Origin: a virus
Lineage: Duplodnaviria > Caudoviricetes
IMG/VR virus record: IMGVR_UViG_3300021254_000027
Location: 41,543-105,542 of that record
Direction: 5' to 3' (one strand)
Length of the DNA: 64,000 bases
Under the pieces are notes generated by a model. That model did no database searches, was not told the DNA's origin, and saw only the letters and a list, made by a program, of their open reading frames with translations. How positions within the stretch are numbered: position 1 is the first letter of the stretch; the number at the start of each line of letters is the position of its first letter. Below are positions 42,457 through 53,313 of the stretch, piece by piece. Both the position numbers and the translations under genes were made by a program.

Positions 42457-43061
42457 GATTCTTTATCTCCTATAGGCTCCCAATTTGCGACAACACCATC
42501 ATCATCTACTTCTCCAGTTCTATTATCAACATAAATAATAGTAGATGGATTAGCAGGATTGCTGAAGTTACTCTGTGGTTCAGTATCTACATACTGTTGA
42601 GGTACTGCCGACTGATTTAGTACGGACCAATTAGACATTACTCTACCATCATGTCCATATCTGCGACGCTTATATAAACGCTACGCATGAATATTTTCAC
42701 GATGATTTTCAGTCTTTAAATTTAATAACTTCGCAAGATGATTTGCTTGCGAAGTCATTTTAAAATCTGAGCCAGAATATTTCATCCGAGTCATTTCAAC
42801 TGAGTTAATCTAACGATCTAACCAAGCCTATTTCATTAACAAAGCAAAAATGTTGATCTCTTCTTTAGTGAGATCAACATTATATACTCCCTATTCAGCA
42901 TCATAATCATATAATGCGAATCGAGGAAACTCGAAGTAAGGAATGGCATCAAGCAGATACTATTTAGCATCACGGATGGTATCTTCTTCAGTAAGCTCTA
43001 AATACATATCATCAGTGATCTTACTCAAGAAGGCATCTATAATAGTATCAAATGATGTCAT
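42453..43061 (-). CDS. Head-tail adaptor-like protein (202 aa with TAG=Gln)
   Basis: ATG 43061 after GAGGAGG; MTSFDTIIDAFLSKITDDMYLEL...DFKMTSQANHLAKLL; in frame with track ORF 42453..42638. Confidence 0.65.
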
Positions 43062-43063
43062 AA

Positions 43064-43672
43064 TTAACCCTCCTCATTAGAGGTTTTCTTTACAACATTA
43101 TACTTCGGAGAAGTTCTGCGCCCAGAAGTTTCCTTAGCTGCAGCTGGCTGTACTCGACGACCAGTAGGAGTCTCAACTTTCATTCCACTGGATGTTTCTT
43201 CTGCAGCAGCAGCTGCTTCTGCTTCAAGTTCAGCCTTATGCTTAAGCGCAAGAGATATATCAAATCCAGTTTTCTCCTTAATCGCACTAATCTTACGAGT
43301 ATCAGTCACTGGAAGCTCAAGCGCATACTTCTGAACCAAATCAATAACGCCGCCAGGTGCAAAATCAAGACAGTCTAATAGGGCATCAACTGAGCCATTC
43401 TTTAGAAGATCAATAACTCCCTTGTCGTCTAAATAATACTCAGGTTCTACGTGAGATGTAGTCTCATTCACCGTTTCGGCATCTTCAATAAATAATTCAT
43501 CGCGCAAAATAGAGAGCCCACCGCTCTTTTGAGCTAGCGCAATCAATTCTGCCGCAGGCAGCATCTTAGTCTCACCGGGTGCGAATTCTCGGCGTACGCC
43601 CAAGTCTGGCACTCTATAGATTACGATGGAATTACTTCTATTGCGAACCTTTACCTTCTTGTTAGTATCCAT
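43064..43672 (-). CDS. Head-module protein (202 aa, TAG-free)
   Basis: Likely true start MDTNKKVKVRN at 43672 after AAAAGGAG; directly downstream of the capsid gene. Confidence 0.65.
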   Translation of the reverse strand: MDTNKKVKVRNRSNSIVIYRVPDLGVRREFAPGETKMLPAAELIALAQKSGGLSILRDELFIEDAETVNETTSHVEPEYYLDDKGVIDLLKNGSVDALLDCLDFAPGGVIDLVQKYALELPVTDTRKISAIKEKTGFDISLALKHKAELEAEAAAAAEETSSGMKVETPTGRRVQPAAAKETSGRRTSPKYNVVKKTSNEEG

Positions 43673-43700
43673 ATTTTTTAAACTCCTTTTTCTCTTACGC

Positions 43701-43724
43701 GCGGGCGCGTATATACGCGCCCGC
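43701..43724. other. Perfect palindrome/hairpin downstream of the capsid gene (stabiliser, processing site or terminator)
   Basis: GCGGGCGCGTATATACGCGCCCGC; no clear U-tract. Confidence 0.55.
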
Positions 43725-43738
43725 ACAATTTATATTAA

Positions 43739-43895
43739 TTAAGCTTTAACTACGTAATAAGTCTTTCCTTCAACAAGTTCAGAATCAGAGGTCTTTACGT
43801 AATTATTATCAACCTTTTCATAGTAAGTTCCAATGTTAGCAACATCAGGATTAGTTACAACTTCATACTCAGGCTCAGTTACCGCCGGGCTAGGG
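43739..43895 (-). CDS. Putative +1 frameshift extension (50 aa) of the major capsid protein
   Basis: CCC-TAG at 43895-43890; the +1 frame reads SPAVTEPEYEVVTNPDVANIGTYYEKVDNNYVKTSDSELVEGKTYYVVKA-TAA and has no plausible independent RBS/start. Confidence 0.7.
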
Positions 43896-44960
43896 AGATA
43901 CCGACTGCTGATCGCCGGTATATACTCCAAACTGACCTTCAAGGTCCTTATTTACATAGATACAAATGTCAGGAGTCATAACTACACCGACACCGACCTT
44001 CTTGTATACCTGGATCTCACGAGAACGGTCCTTGTTAACATATTCATCAACAATAGTAGAACCTTCCATGACAATCTTAACAGGCTTTACATTTCCAGGA
44101 AGAATGTAACAATAGCCAGGATCAATAACCTTAGTAGTATGAGTTGCATCAGTGAATCCCTGAGGGAGAATGTTAATAATATGGTTACGATAAGATGCGA
44201 AACGTCCATTGTTCCACAAAGTATCCTTCATATTATCAGACCAACGTACATAAGTACCATTATCAGTTTCAGGAAGAATAGTTGCGGCAAACTCTTCAGT
44301 GCAATAGATGGTAGGAGTACCATAAGCAGAAGAGATAGCGAGCAAGCGATCAAAAGCCTGCTGATCAAAACCATTTACCTTAACAGTATTAAGAGCAGGG
44401 AGCTGAGTCAAACCTTCCTTAAGAGCAGCACCGACTTCCCACTGAATGAGCTCTTCGATACCCTCCATAACAATCTGAGTAACCTCAGCAAAATCAGCAC
44501 GTCCATCCAAGAACTCTTCAAGACCAATCTGCGCGGCTCCGCCGATAGCACTGGTCTGAACTTCGATTGGAGTATCCTTACCAAGCTTAAATACTTCGTA
44601 GATACCAGCCAAACCAACCTTGGTAATGAACTGCTTTGCACGCTGACGATCATGCTTACGCCAGAACATAGTAGAATTGCCCTGAGCGATGGTCTTTACT
44701 TCAGCAAACTTCATATATTCTTCTTCAACCTTCTTAGGAAGAATATCGTCCATAGTCTCCTCAATGATGGAGAAGATAGTATTCTTATTCTCACGATAAA
44801 GTGCGAATGTACCAGCGAGCTCGTTCAATTCCTTACGAAGAGTCTCATTAAGAGCATCATAAGACAAATTCTCGCCATTGAATGAGTAAGCAACAGGAGC
44901 AGAGCGATCAGCCTTAGCAGTTGCTTTCATTAACTTAACAAGTTCATTTCTTTCCAACAT
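43875..44960 (-). CDS. Major capsid protein (356 aa to TAG at 43890; 361 aa to TGA if TAG is read as Gln)
   Basis: Size, position after protease/scaffold, strong RBS and optimised codons; LNELAG...YRENKNTIFSIIEETMDDILPKKV. Confidence 0.85.
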
Positions 44961-44981
44961 AGCTTTTCTCTCCTTTCCTTA

Positions 44982-45821
44982 TTACTTTACACGCATTACC
45001 TTAACGGCCGGCTGCATGTCACCTAAATTATAAATCTTAACAACCTGCCACTGGAATGGGGAATTGGTAGCGCCAGTTGCACTCAAATAACCATGAGCAT
45101 TAGGAGCAAGAACAGAACCTAAAGTCACAGTAGCATCAGCAATAGTATTAGTAGTGAAAATATCGCCTTCGTGAGTCTTAAATACACGAGGAACCATCAA
45201 ACCAGCCCTATTGTTAGCATTAAAACCATCAGCACCAGGAGCCTTACCAGTACGGTCAGGCTGTGCATACTCAGCCATCTGAGGAACATTCAAGCGCTCT
45301 ACCTCATAGCTATTACCAATAGCATAATGATTACGACCATAATCAGGAGCTACACCAGCTGCATTATCATGAGCATCTGGATAAATCTCAACCTGAGCCT
45401 GAATCTTCTTCATCATATCCCAATCAGCAGAAGTCTGATAACCATTAATACGAACGCCATTAGGACCAAAAGCCTGACCAACGCCCATACCAGTAGCCTG
45501 AGCACCAACACCAACTGGAGAATAAACACGACCATTATAGTCACGACGAATCATTGCGAAGTCCTGATCGGTTTCGTGATCACGATAAACCTTAACTTCA
45601 TTGAAAACAAGCATCCATTCACCGATGCCAGAGAAATTAACTACGCCATTAGCATAGTCGTACTTTACGAACTGACCATTCTCAAGAATATCAATATCTG
45701 CGGCAACAGGCAACTGAGCGTAAATTTCGCCAGTACGCTGAGCACTGAGATGGTTTGGCTCGACCTGACCGAAGCCATAGGTTACGAATTTAGCTTCGGG
45801 AGATAAACGTGTAAAAGCCAT
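44982..45821 (-). CDS. Capsid-associated (decoration/cement-like) protein, 279 aa, TAG-free
   Basis: Between scaffold and MCP; FGQVEPNHLSAQRTGEIYAQLP; strong AAGGAGG RBS. Confidence 0.65.
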   Translation of the reverse strand: MAFTRLSPEAKFVTYGFGQVEPNHLSAQRTGEIYAQLPVAADIDILENGQFVKYDYANGVVNFSGIGEWMLVFNEVKVYRDHETDQDFAMIRRDYNGRVYSPVGVGAQATGMGVGQAFGPNGVRINGYQTSADWDMMKKIQAQVEIYPDAHDNAAGVAPDYGRNHYAIGNSYEVERLNVPQMAEYAQPDRTGKAPGADGFNANNRAGLMVPRVFKTHEGDIFTTNTIADATVTLGSVLAPNAHGYLSATGATNSPFQWQVVKIYNLGDMQPAVKVMRVK

Positions 45822-45844
45822 ACGTAATTTCCTCCTTTTTTTAA

Positions 45845-47173
45845 TTAGTTCATTTCTTTGGCGGTCTCACGTACAGCCTTAATCCAGGCAGGAGCCGTGT
45901 CGCCATCATCATTGTCGCCCAACTGATATACAAGTGGGTCAGCAGGAGTTTTTTCCTCTTGCTTGTTATCGTCATCAAGGTTAAATGAGACCTTGTTACG
46001 AACACAAATAATAGAAAGCTTTGCTTCAATATCATCAAGTGAATACTTGTCAATATTTTCAATGCAATCCTTCTTATCTTCATCAGAAAGCATATAGAAG
46101 CTATTGATCATATCTTCCTTAGCCTTCTTATCAGAGTCAGCCTTGAACTGACGCAATGGAGCCACCTCAGCTTCAAGATTTTCGACCTTAGTCTGCAAAT
46201 CCTTAAACTGTGCGAAAAGAGTCTTATAAAGATCAGAGCTAGCAACTTCTTCATCAGTTAAAGTGTGCTTTGCAGGAGCCTTCTTCTTCTTTTCGTCTTC
46301 GTCCTCTTCATCCTTATCTTCAGAACCGGAATCAGAGTCCTCGCTCTTATCATCATCCTTCTTAGGTGGGAACGGATTATTTCCACCCTTCTTGTCGTCC
46401 TTCTGTTCCTCTTCCTCTTCGTCCTTCTTCTTAAACTCGAGTTCAGGATCAGTTGGCTCCAAAGCAGGATCGATGACCTTCTTATCATCATTCATGGGAT
46501 CTAATCCTCCTTTACTTAAAGCAGTTTTAATGTCGTTCATTAATGAGAACAACTAGTTCTTGAAGTCTCCATCAAAGGAGAATTGTGCTGCTATGCCGGC
46601 ACCCTCGAAGCAAGGCTCGACATTTTCTCCAAGAATACATAATTTTTGTATCATTGCTTCATTGATTATAAAAAACTTTGGAAGACCTTTATCATCAAAT
46701 GTCCAAGCGCCGTCCAAATTCTTTTCATCTAATTCCATAGATTGATTTTTTGGACGTTCAATAATTTGTTGCGCTTCTTCATAAATACTGGTCCAAAGAT
46801 AGCCCTCAGTCATTAAATACTCATGCTCAATGCCATCATCCATAAATTTTTGGAACCAAATCTTAGCTGTTGAATCAACATAGCCATAAGCTTTTGTTTT
46901 ATCAATAACTTTAAATTTACCATTACCAATTTCAATGCTGCGCTGATGACCTTCAAAGTCACCTTCGGCTTCGTTATAAAAGCCTACAATAGGGCAACCG
47001 GGCAAGCTTGCCGCCATTTTAATCGCAGTTTCCTTAGTAATTATAGAACCGTTACGATTTGGTTCGTCACCCACATAACAAACTTTAATCTCGCACTTAG
47101 ATACAAGTTTATTGAGAGGAGTGACGTTAAGCAATTCAACAGTATTTTCGAGTGGAATACTTATATGAGCCAC
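45845..47173 (-). CDS. Prohead protease/scaffold fusion (442 aa via a single TAG at 46553-46555)
   Basis: N-terminal protease-like region (NRNGSII...PIVG...GYLWT...QSMEL...LCILG..VEPCFEGA) abuts in frame an acidic/coiled-coil scaffold ending APAWIKAVRETAKEMN. Confidence 0.8.
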
Positions 47174-47178
47174 TCAAA

Positions 47179-48801
47179 TCACTCCTTTCCAGCAGATTCT
47201 CTATTAGCGATAGTTTTATCTGACTTTTGGCTGTCAGCCTTCTCAGGTCTGCCGCCTTTTTTTTCATCGCCAGCCGCGGCTTGTTTTATTGCACCAGCTG
47301 CTTGTTTATTTCCAACCTATTGATTTCCACCGCCACGATTACCAAGTACATCTTGACTACTCATAGTAGAAGACATAAGAGGCGGGATCATGATTTCAGA
47401 CAACTTCAATACCTCATTCTCAAAATGCGCCATTGCAATAATAGAAGATTGAGAATGCCCAAGAGCAATTTGTGGTAACATCTTGGAATAACCAAGTTGT
47501 GTATGCTCTTTATACATTTTAGACATTTCCTTATAATTATTTATAGTAGTTTCAAGCATATTAAAATGTAAACAATACTTTTTATTACCAGGAAATTTAT
47601 TGCGCAAGACACGACTATAAAGTTCATCAAAACTTAAAATTAAATCACGAATACTTGCTTCATCAACAAGAGCCGCTTTTTCAAGAGCTAAGTTACTATC
47701 TGCATTAAATAAACTATGTGAAACACCAGCTTCATTGTAAACAGTACGCTCAACTTTTTCAAGTTCATCTGTTGTAGTCGTTGTACGAGTATCGGCTAAG
47801 TCTGCAACATCTACTTCCGCAAATGTTGTCATAACATCAACGCCAACAGCTCGCCGCAACATCTAAACTGTATTATTGTGAATATCTTTTGCTTCATCGA
47901 CGTCGAAGATTAAATCACCATTTTTATCAAGTGGCAATTTTTGAATAATAATTTTTAATAACTATTGCATCATCTTACGACGGTCTAAATCTTGTGCTTC
48001 ATCCAAATCAAGGATTTTAATACAAGTGTTAATCAATAGTGGAACATCACTACCGTTAAGATTAATCTTAAATGCATGGTCAGGATCAAGTACCCACCAA
48101 GTCCCATCATGTTCCTTGGTATTAAGTTTACCTTTCTTATATGCTATATAAGCTTCCGCAAACTCTTTTGGATACATTTTTAAAACACGCATTCGCATTT
48201 CTACATCTGCGAATTTATCATCAAAAAACTTCGGATTAAATTCAACTGCTGGAACAGTACCAACTTTAAACCGAGTGCGGCAATAAGCAATGGGTAATTC
48301 CTAAAAAGTGAATCCTCGCTTAGTTTCAACAACATAGCCATAATAGCAACCATTAACAATTACTTTTAAAGCTATTTCACCGCATTGTTTCTTGACATAA
48401 CTTTCATCCATATAATCTAAGGCTTTTGAAAAATCAGCTAGAACTTTTTCATCTTTGACTTTTTCATCAATGATGTAAGGAGTAATATACCAGTCATAAC
48501 GATAAAGAGTAGCAAAATATTTGCACAAACGTTCATACAAACCACTTACTTCAAAAAAGTAATTTGATATTGCACGCATTGCTTCATAATCTTTACGTGC
48601 CATTGCTCTAAGAATGACTGCCTTATTTCCATAACTGCGGTTTTCTTTCTTCAAGCTACCTAGATCAAGGATCGCATCATCTAATGTCTATAGATTAACC
48701 TTAATCTTTCCGTAATCTACTACACTACCATATGGGTCATGGACTTCTGGACGACCAATGATTGAAAAACCTTTGGCATGAATTGCCTCTTGATTTACCA
48801 A
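47179..48801 (-). CDS. Portal protein (540 aa with TAG=Gln)
   Basis: TTG start at 48801; track ORFs starting at 48654, 48198, 47862 are in one frame; C-terminal GGRPEK...SDKTIANRES; TGA 47179-47181; lies between terminase and protease. Confidence 0.8.
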
Positions 48802-48813
48802 TTCAATCACCCC

Positions 48814-49170
48814 TTAATATCCAGCTTTTTCCATAATATAGTCATAAGAAATTAAATTTTCTTCTGTGTAAGGAATTTCAATTAACTTATAACCATTAAG
48901 CGCGCAGAAGCGACGCTTTTTATTGTCGTTAAATTGCTATTGATAGAAACCTTTCTTCCCGCCAAATTTAGCGGAAGGCTCATAATGCTATTTACCCTAA
49001 TATTCGATTAGAAAATCTATATTACCATCATCATCAAATACACAAAAGTCAAACTTTAGCGGGCGACCATTCGGACTATTTAATCCTTCGAACGATTGCT
49101 CCATTGTAAATCGCATTTCGTTATCGCGCAAGATTTCTTCAATTTTAATTTCTCCTCTTGAAGCACGCAT
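48814..49170 (-). CDS. Small PD-(D/E)XK (Vsr/DUF559-like) endonuclease (118 aa with TAG=Gln)
   Basis: MRASRGEIKIEEIL...LKFDFCVF...LIEY[TAG]GK[TAG]HYE...NDNKKRRFC...YKLIEIPY; matches the IEYQGxQHY motif. Not in track. Confidence 0.75.
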
Positions 49171-49179
49171 TTTGTCACC

Positions 49180-50910
49180 TCAGTTCATAAATAACATTTC
49201 ACTAAATCTCTTTTTACGCTTTTTCCGTTTACGATCTTCTTCTTGCTTAATATAATATAATCCATATTCAAACGCAGAAAATTTATCTTTTTTAATACTT
49301 TTATTTGCTTGCTTCAATATAATGTTGACACCTTCATTTTCTTCACGAAGATTCATCATTTCCTCTTTTAATATGGAAGTTAAGGTAAATGGTTTAAGAT
49401 ATTCCGCCCGTTCTTCAGGTTTCATTTCTTGACCACGTTTTGTACCAAGTAATTTAATCTTAGCTACACGTTCATCAATAAGCATTTTTACATGCCCAGA
49501 AGACATTTGAGATTGTGCATTCGCATGAGCTTCAGTATTAATTGGCGCATTTGCCTTTATTATCCAAAGCGCATTTTCTTCACAATTCTCACTACGGTAT
49601 TTCTTATATTCACCATCTTCATCATTTTCCACACCAAAATCAGGAAGTAGCTCATTCGTATCTGGATCTGTTTGTCCTTTAACCATATAGTCAACAAGAC
49701 CAATACCAAGACCATTACCATCAATTACAATCTTTTTTGCTTTATACTTATAATAAAGTTTCTTTAATTTAATAGCTTGATCTTCAAAATGAGTATCACT
49801 CATAGTATCAATATTAACTAATGAAATAAAGGCTAATCCATTTATTTGAGGTGTTACTTTAAAAATACAACTGACAGTATCACAGCCTTTACGACCAACG
49901 TCTGTCGCGATTACATAATAAGCATTCTTTGTACTTCTACCAGAATACTCATATTCAGGTTGTTTTAATATTCTATTGTGATCAAATTGTTCCCCATTAA
50001 AGAAAGCATCTTCAATAGTACCGGACCATCTACTTTCATATTCTCGATCAAAAGAAGCTTCATTAAACGTACCATCCATTTTAAGATCTCGAATAAATGT
50101 TTTATCCAAAAGTCCCATCAAAACAGGAATACGCCAAGTACCGCCTAATACGCATGCGCGATCCGGTTTTACAATTTCCCAAACTAAAATCTATATAAGT
50201 TTATCATAAGCAAATGTATTTTTCCAGCCAGCTGTTGTGACATAGATTTGAGATTTATTCAAAACCTCATTATCGTCTTTATCACCCCAAGGTCCACGTC
50301 TGGAAACGTTCATTGTTGGAATAATAACTTCATTAAGTATTGTTCCGTCAACTCCTACGCATTCTTCTACCAAGCCGCCGTGACGACGTTGACCTCTCGA
50401 AGTTTCGCGCGCAGCGATGTTATCCAAGACCGAACCATTTTTAAACATGTATCGAACATAATCTTTACCCTCCATAGTTTTGCCACGACTCCAATCGATC
50501 TCTTCACGCAGAGGGGGAATCAAATGACATAATTCCTACACTTTAGCTTTAAGAATACTTGAAGCCTATTCTTTACCACCAGAAGTAACAAACAACTTAG
50601 CCCCAGGATAAAGTATGCATCGAATCATTAAAATTAATGCCGCTAGGAATGATTTAGAATAAGCACGAGGAAAAACCGCATACGTATATTTATAACGCAT
50701 TGCGGCTCTTAAAAATACTCTCTAATAAAAGAATAAATGGAAATTCTCTGGATTATTTTTCTAAATTAAAAAATCTACAAATAAATCTGGATATTCTCGC
50801 CAAAATGCAACATACTAACGCGCTACAGGCATCGCTGCCCGCACACGCTCTTCAGACAAACCTATTTTATCAACATTACTTTTTAAGTTAAGTAAATCTT
50901 GTAGTGCCAT
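49180..50910 (-). CDS. terL: Terminase large subunit (576 aa with TAG=Gln)
   Basis: LFFY[TAG]R (Q motif), FPRAYSKS (Walker A variant), SGGKE[TAG]A, LVEE (Walker B), VTTAG, IATDVGR nuclease motif, IDGNGLGIG, KDKFSA. Confidence 0.92.
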
Positions 50911-52085
50911 TATTCTTCATCCTCTCCTAAGAGTTCTCGAATAGTGGCGGCATCTTCATCAGCTTCTTGTTCTACTTGATTATAGTGTTCCAAAAAATCA
51001 CCATCAGAAAGCACTTCAGATTCAAGCTCTTCCATATCTAAGCCAAGAGAATCAGTAGTATCTTCATCTTCTTCTTTACTCTCTTCTCGTGCCATGGTAC
51101 GTACTGCATTTTCAATCAAGTTACCAAGATTCATTTCTTCAGTAACGAGACGATATGTATAATTGCGCAAATCGGCAAGAGTCTCATCAGGCTTATCTTT
51201 TGGCTCACTTACATAGTAACGAGGAATAAAGCCTTCACGCTCACAGAGAAGAATAAATTCATCAATAGCAGAAACATATTCACCAGATTCTGCTTTATTC
51301 TAAGCTGCGGTGAATTTCGCAGATTTCATCAAAGTATCATAAACTTTAGAAATCTTTTGAAAGCCTTCAATATCTCCAAGGTCAATAAGCTAATGTGCCT
51401 TAAGTGAAGTCTTACAGATTAATTTCAGATAATCCTCATGCGCGGGAGTTACAATATCAAAAGCCGCCATCATCTCTTGATATAGCTTTTCTAATTGAAC
51501 CCATTCATAAGGACGATACGCCTTACCCCATTTGATAGTAAGGTATTTCTTATCTTCATCAGTAAGATCATCATCAAAAAACTCTGGTTCATTTAAATCA
51601 ATGGGTGCCGTAGTCTCTTCAGTTTCTACAGGCTCTAGCGCAGGACGATCGGGCATACTACCTTCCGCAATCGCTTTTTCAATCTCTTCACCAGTGTATC
51701 CCTATCTCGCCATTGTTTCAGCTTTATGCGCATCCGCTTCAGCTTTAAGCCGTTCAGTATCATCCCAACCATAATCACGATACTGCTTTAACTTCATTTT
51801 AGACAAATAGCGGCCCAAGATTGTCATACCAGTAAGTTTTTTCTTATTTTGTCCATATCTATTGAGAAGAGTGGTCCATTCATCTTCAATATATGGAACA
51901 TCAATTTCTTCAAGAATCCAAGTATAAGTTTTCGGATCCCAGTTATCAACATGTCGAGTTAAACACTTTTTACATTCGGGCATCTTACCATCAGGAGGAT
52001 ACCTATCTATTCGTTTAGAAGTATAAAACTCATCTGCGTCCATTGTTCGTTTACAAGTTTTGCAATAACAAGTTGTATCAGCCAT
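50910..52085 (-). CDS. Zn-finger protein, putative terminase small subunit (391 aa with TAG=Gln)
   Basis: Joins track ORFs 51702..52085, 51390..51656, 50910..51170 in one frame (checked); CxxC...CxxC N-terminus; TAATG-coupled to TerL. Confidence 0.6.
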
Positions 52086-53164
52086 TATTTAGCCTCCTTC
52101 TTACGACCTTTGGCATTGCGGCATTTCTTACATATGCTATAGAAGCCATCTTTTGATGTCTTGTTGACTGAGAAGAACCTAGTATGAGCTAACTTAATTT
52201 CTCCGCAGCGCGAACATCTCTTCCATTTTCCCTTCTCTTGATATGTAAAGTACCACATTAGAAACTCGTCTTGCGCCTTTTGCGCAATGAGTTTCGGAAT
52301 CTTATTTCGCCAAAGACTACTAATATATTCTATAGAGTGTGTAAAAGCGAACTCCTTCTACAATAAAGCCTAAATTTCTGTATTAGGAATTCTTTCCATT
52401 TTGTACTCTACGATGCGTTTATACATAGGGTATTCGGCAAGTGCCCTATCCATTAATGCCCCAAAATCTAAACAACAATACCAAGAATCACCAAGAAAAT
52501 TTCCTTGGCTACGATTTTTCATAGCTAGATATACTTGCATTAATTCACTACATACTTTTGCATCACAAAAGGATAGTCCAGAATACTTAATCGTTGCGTT
52601 GCCTTGATTATCATATTCAATCCACTCATCCCACAAGAGCGGCATTGAATAAGGACCACTTCTTGTTAATCTTGTAAAAATAATAGGACGACGATAAGAA
52701 TTCTTAATAACATATTGATCTTTGCGCATTTCGATTAGAGTGCGTTTAATTATAAACGCTTCTCGTCCGGAGGCTTGTTTTAACAGTTCTTCCCAGCGTT
52801 CTATGCTTTCGCGCAACTGTCTTAATGGCGGAATTTCTTCAATATCTTTTTTAGTAATAGTAACTTTAGGTTGAAATATAATGTTTTTACCGTTTTCCGC
52901 AATTAAATTATAAATACCATCTTCGCCATTTTCTAGCTAGCCTACCAGACCCTCGTAAGAAGTTTCTCGCTTATTAATCGTAGCCATACGATTATCAGTA
53001 AGAATCTTTCTCTCCTTTTTCTCTTGCTTCTCCATACAAAGCACTAGATAGTCACCGAGAATTTCAAGATACTACTCGCTTGGGTCGGGAGTTTCTTCTA
53101 AAATTAAATTTACTAACTTTAAGCGCTCTTCGGGAGAATCGATTGTATAATCTAATTTAATTAT
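52085..53164 (-). CDS. Putative transcription regulator: HTH-like segment plus C-terminal Zn ribbon (~359 aa with TAG=Gln; ATA/ATT start)
   Basis: AAAGGAGGAG RBS followed 6 nt later by ATA-ATT-AAA-TTA-GAT-TAT; ...EI[TAG]ALL[TAG]KEFAFTHSIEYISSLWRNKIPKLIA...CSRC...CKKC; TAA 52085-52087. Confidence 0.6.
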
Positions 53165-53215
53165 ACTAATCTCCTCCTTTAAGTTGACGTTTGGGCTCGT
53201 CTTTACTACACTCTC

Positions 53216-53292
53216 ATTATACTAAAAAAAATTGGGTGAGTCAAGTTAAGATTTACACCCAATTTGAAAAAAAGCAAAAAATATATTATAAT
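53216..53292. promoter_or_regulatory. Back-to-back divergent sigmaA promoters
   Basis: Minus: TTGACT(53244-39)-N17-TATAAT(53221-16). Plus: TTGAAA(53264-69)-N17-TATAAT(53287-92). Inverted repeat AAATTGGGTG/CACCCAATTT at 53229-38/53256-65. Confidence 0.8.
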
Positions 53293-53313
53293 ATTTATAG
53301 AAGGTGAAGAGAA

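Noticed and set aside
38751-46556. Long plus-strand ORFs (38751..39491, 43833..44885, 45171..45806; similarly 63..500)
   Set aside because: Antisense shadows of codon-biased structural genes, with no RBS or recognisable motifs.
1-53164. Decayed prophage/pseudogene or sequencing-error explanation for the fragmented ORFs
   Set aside because: The breaks examined are TAG without frame change, sit at conserved Gln positions, and RBSs, gene overlaps and terminators are intact.
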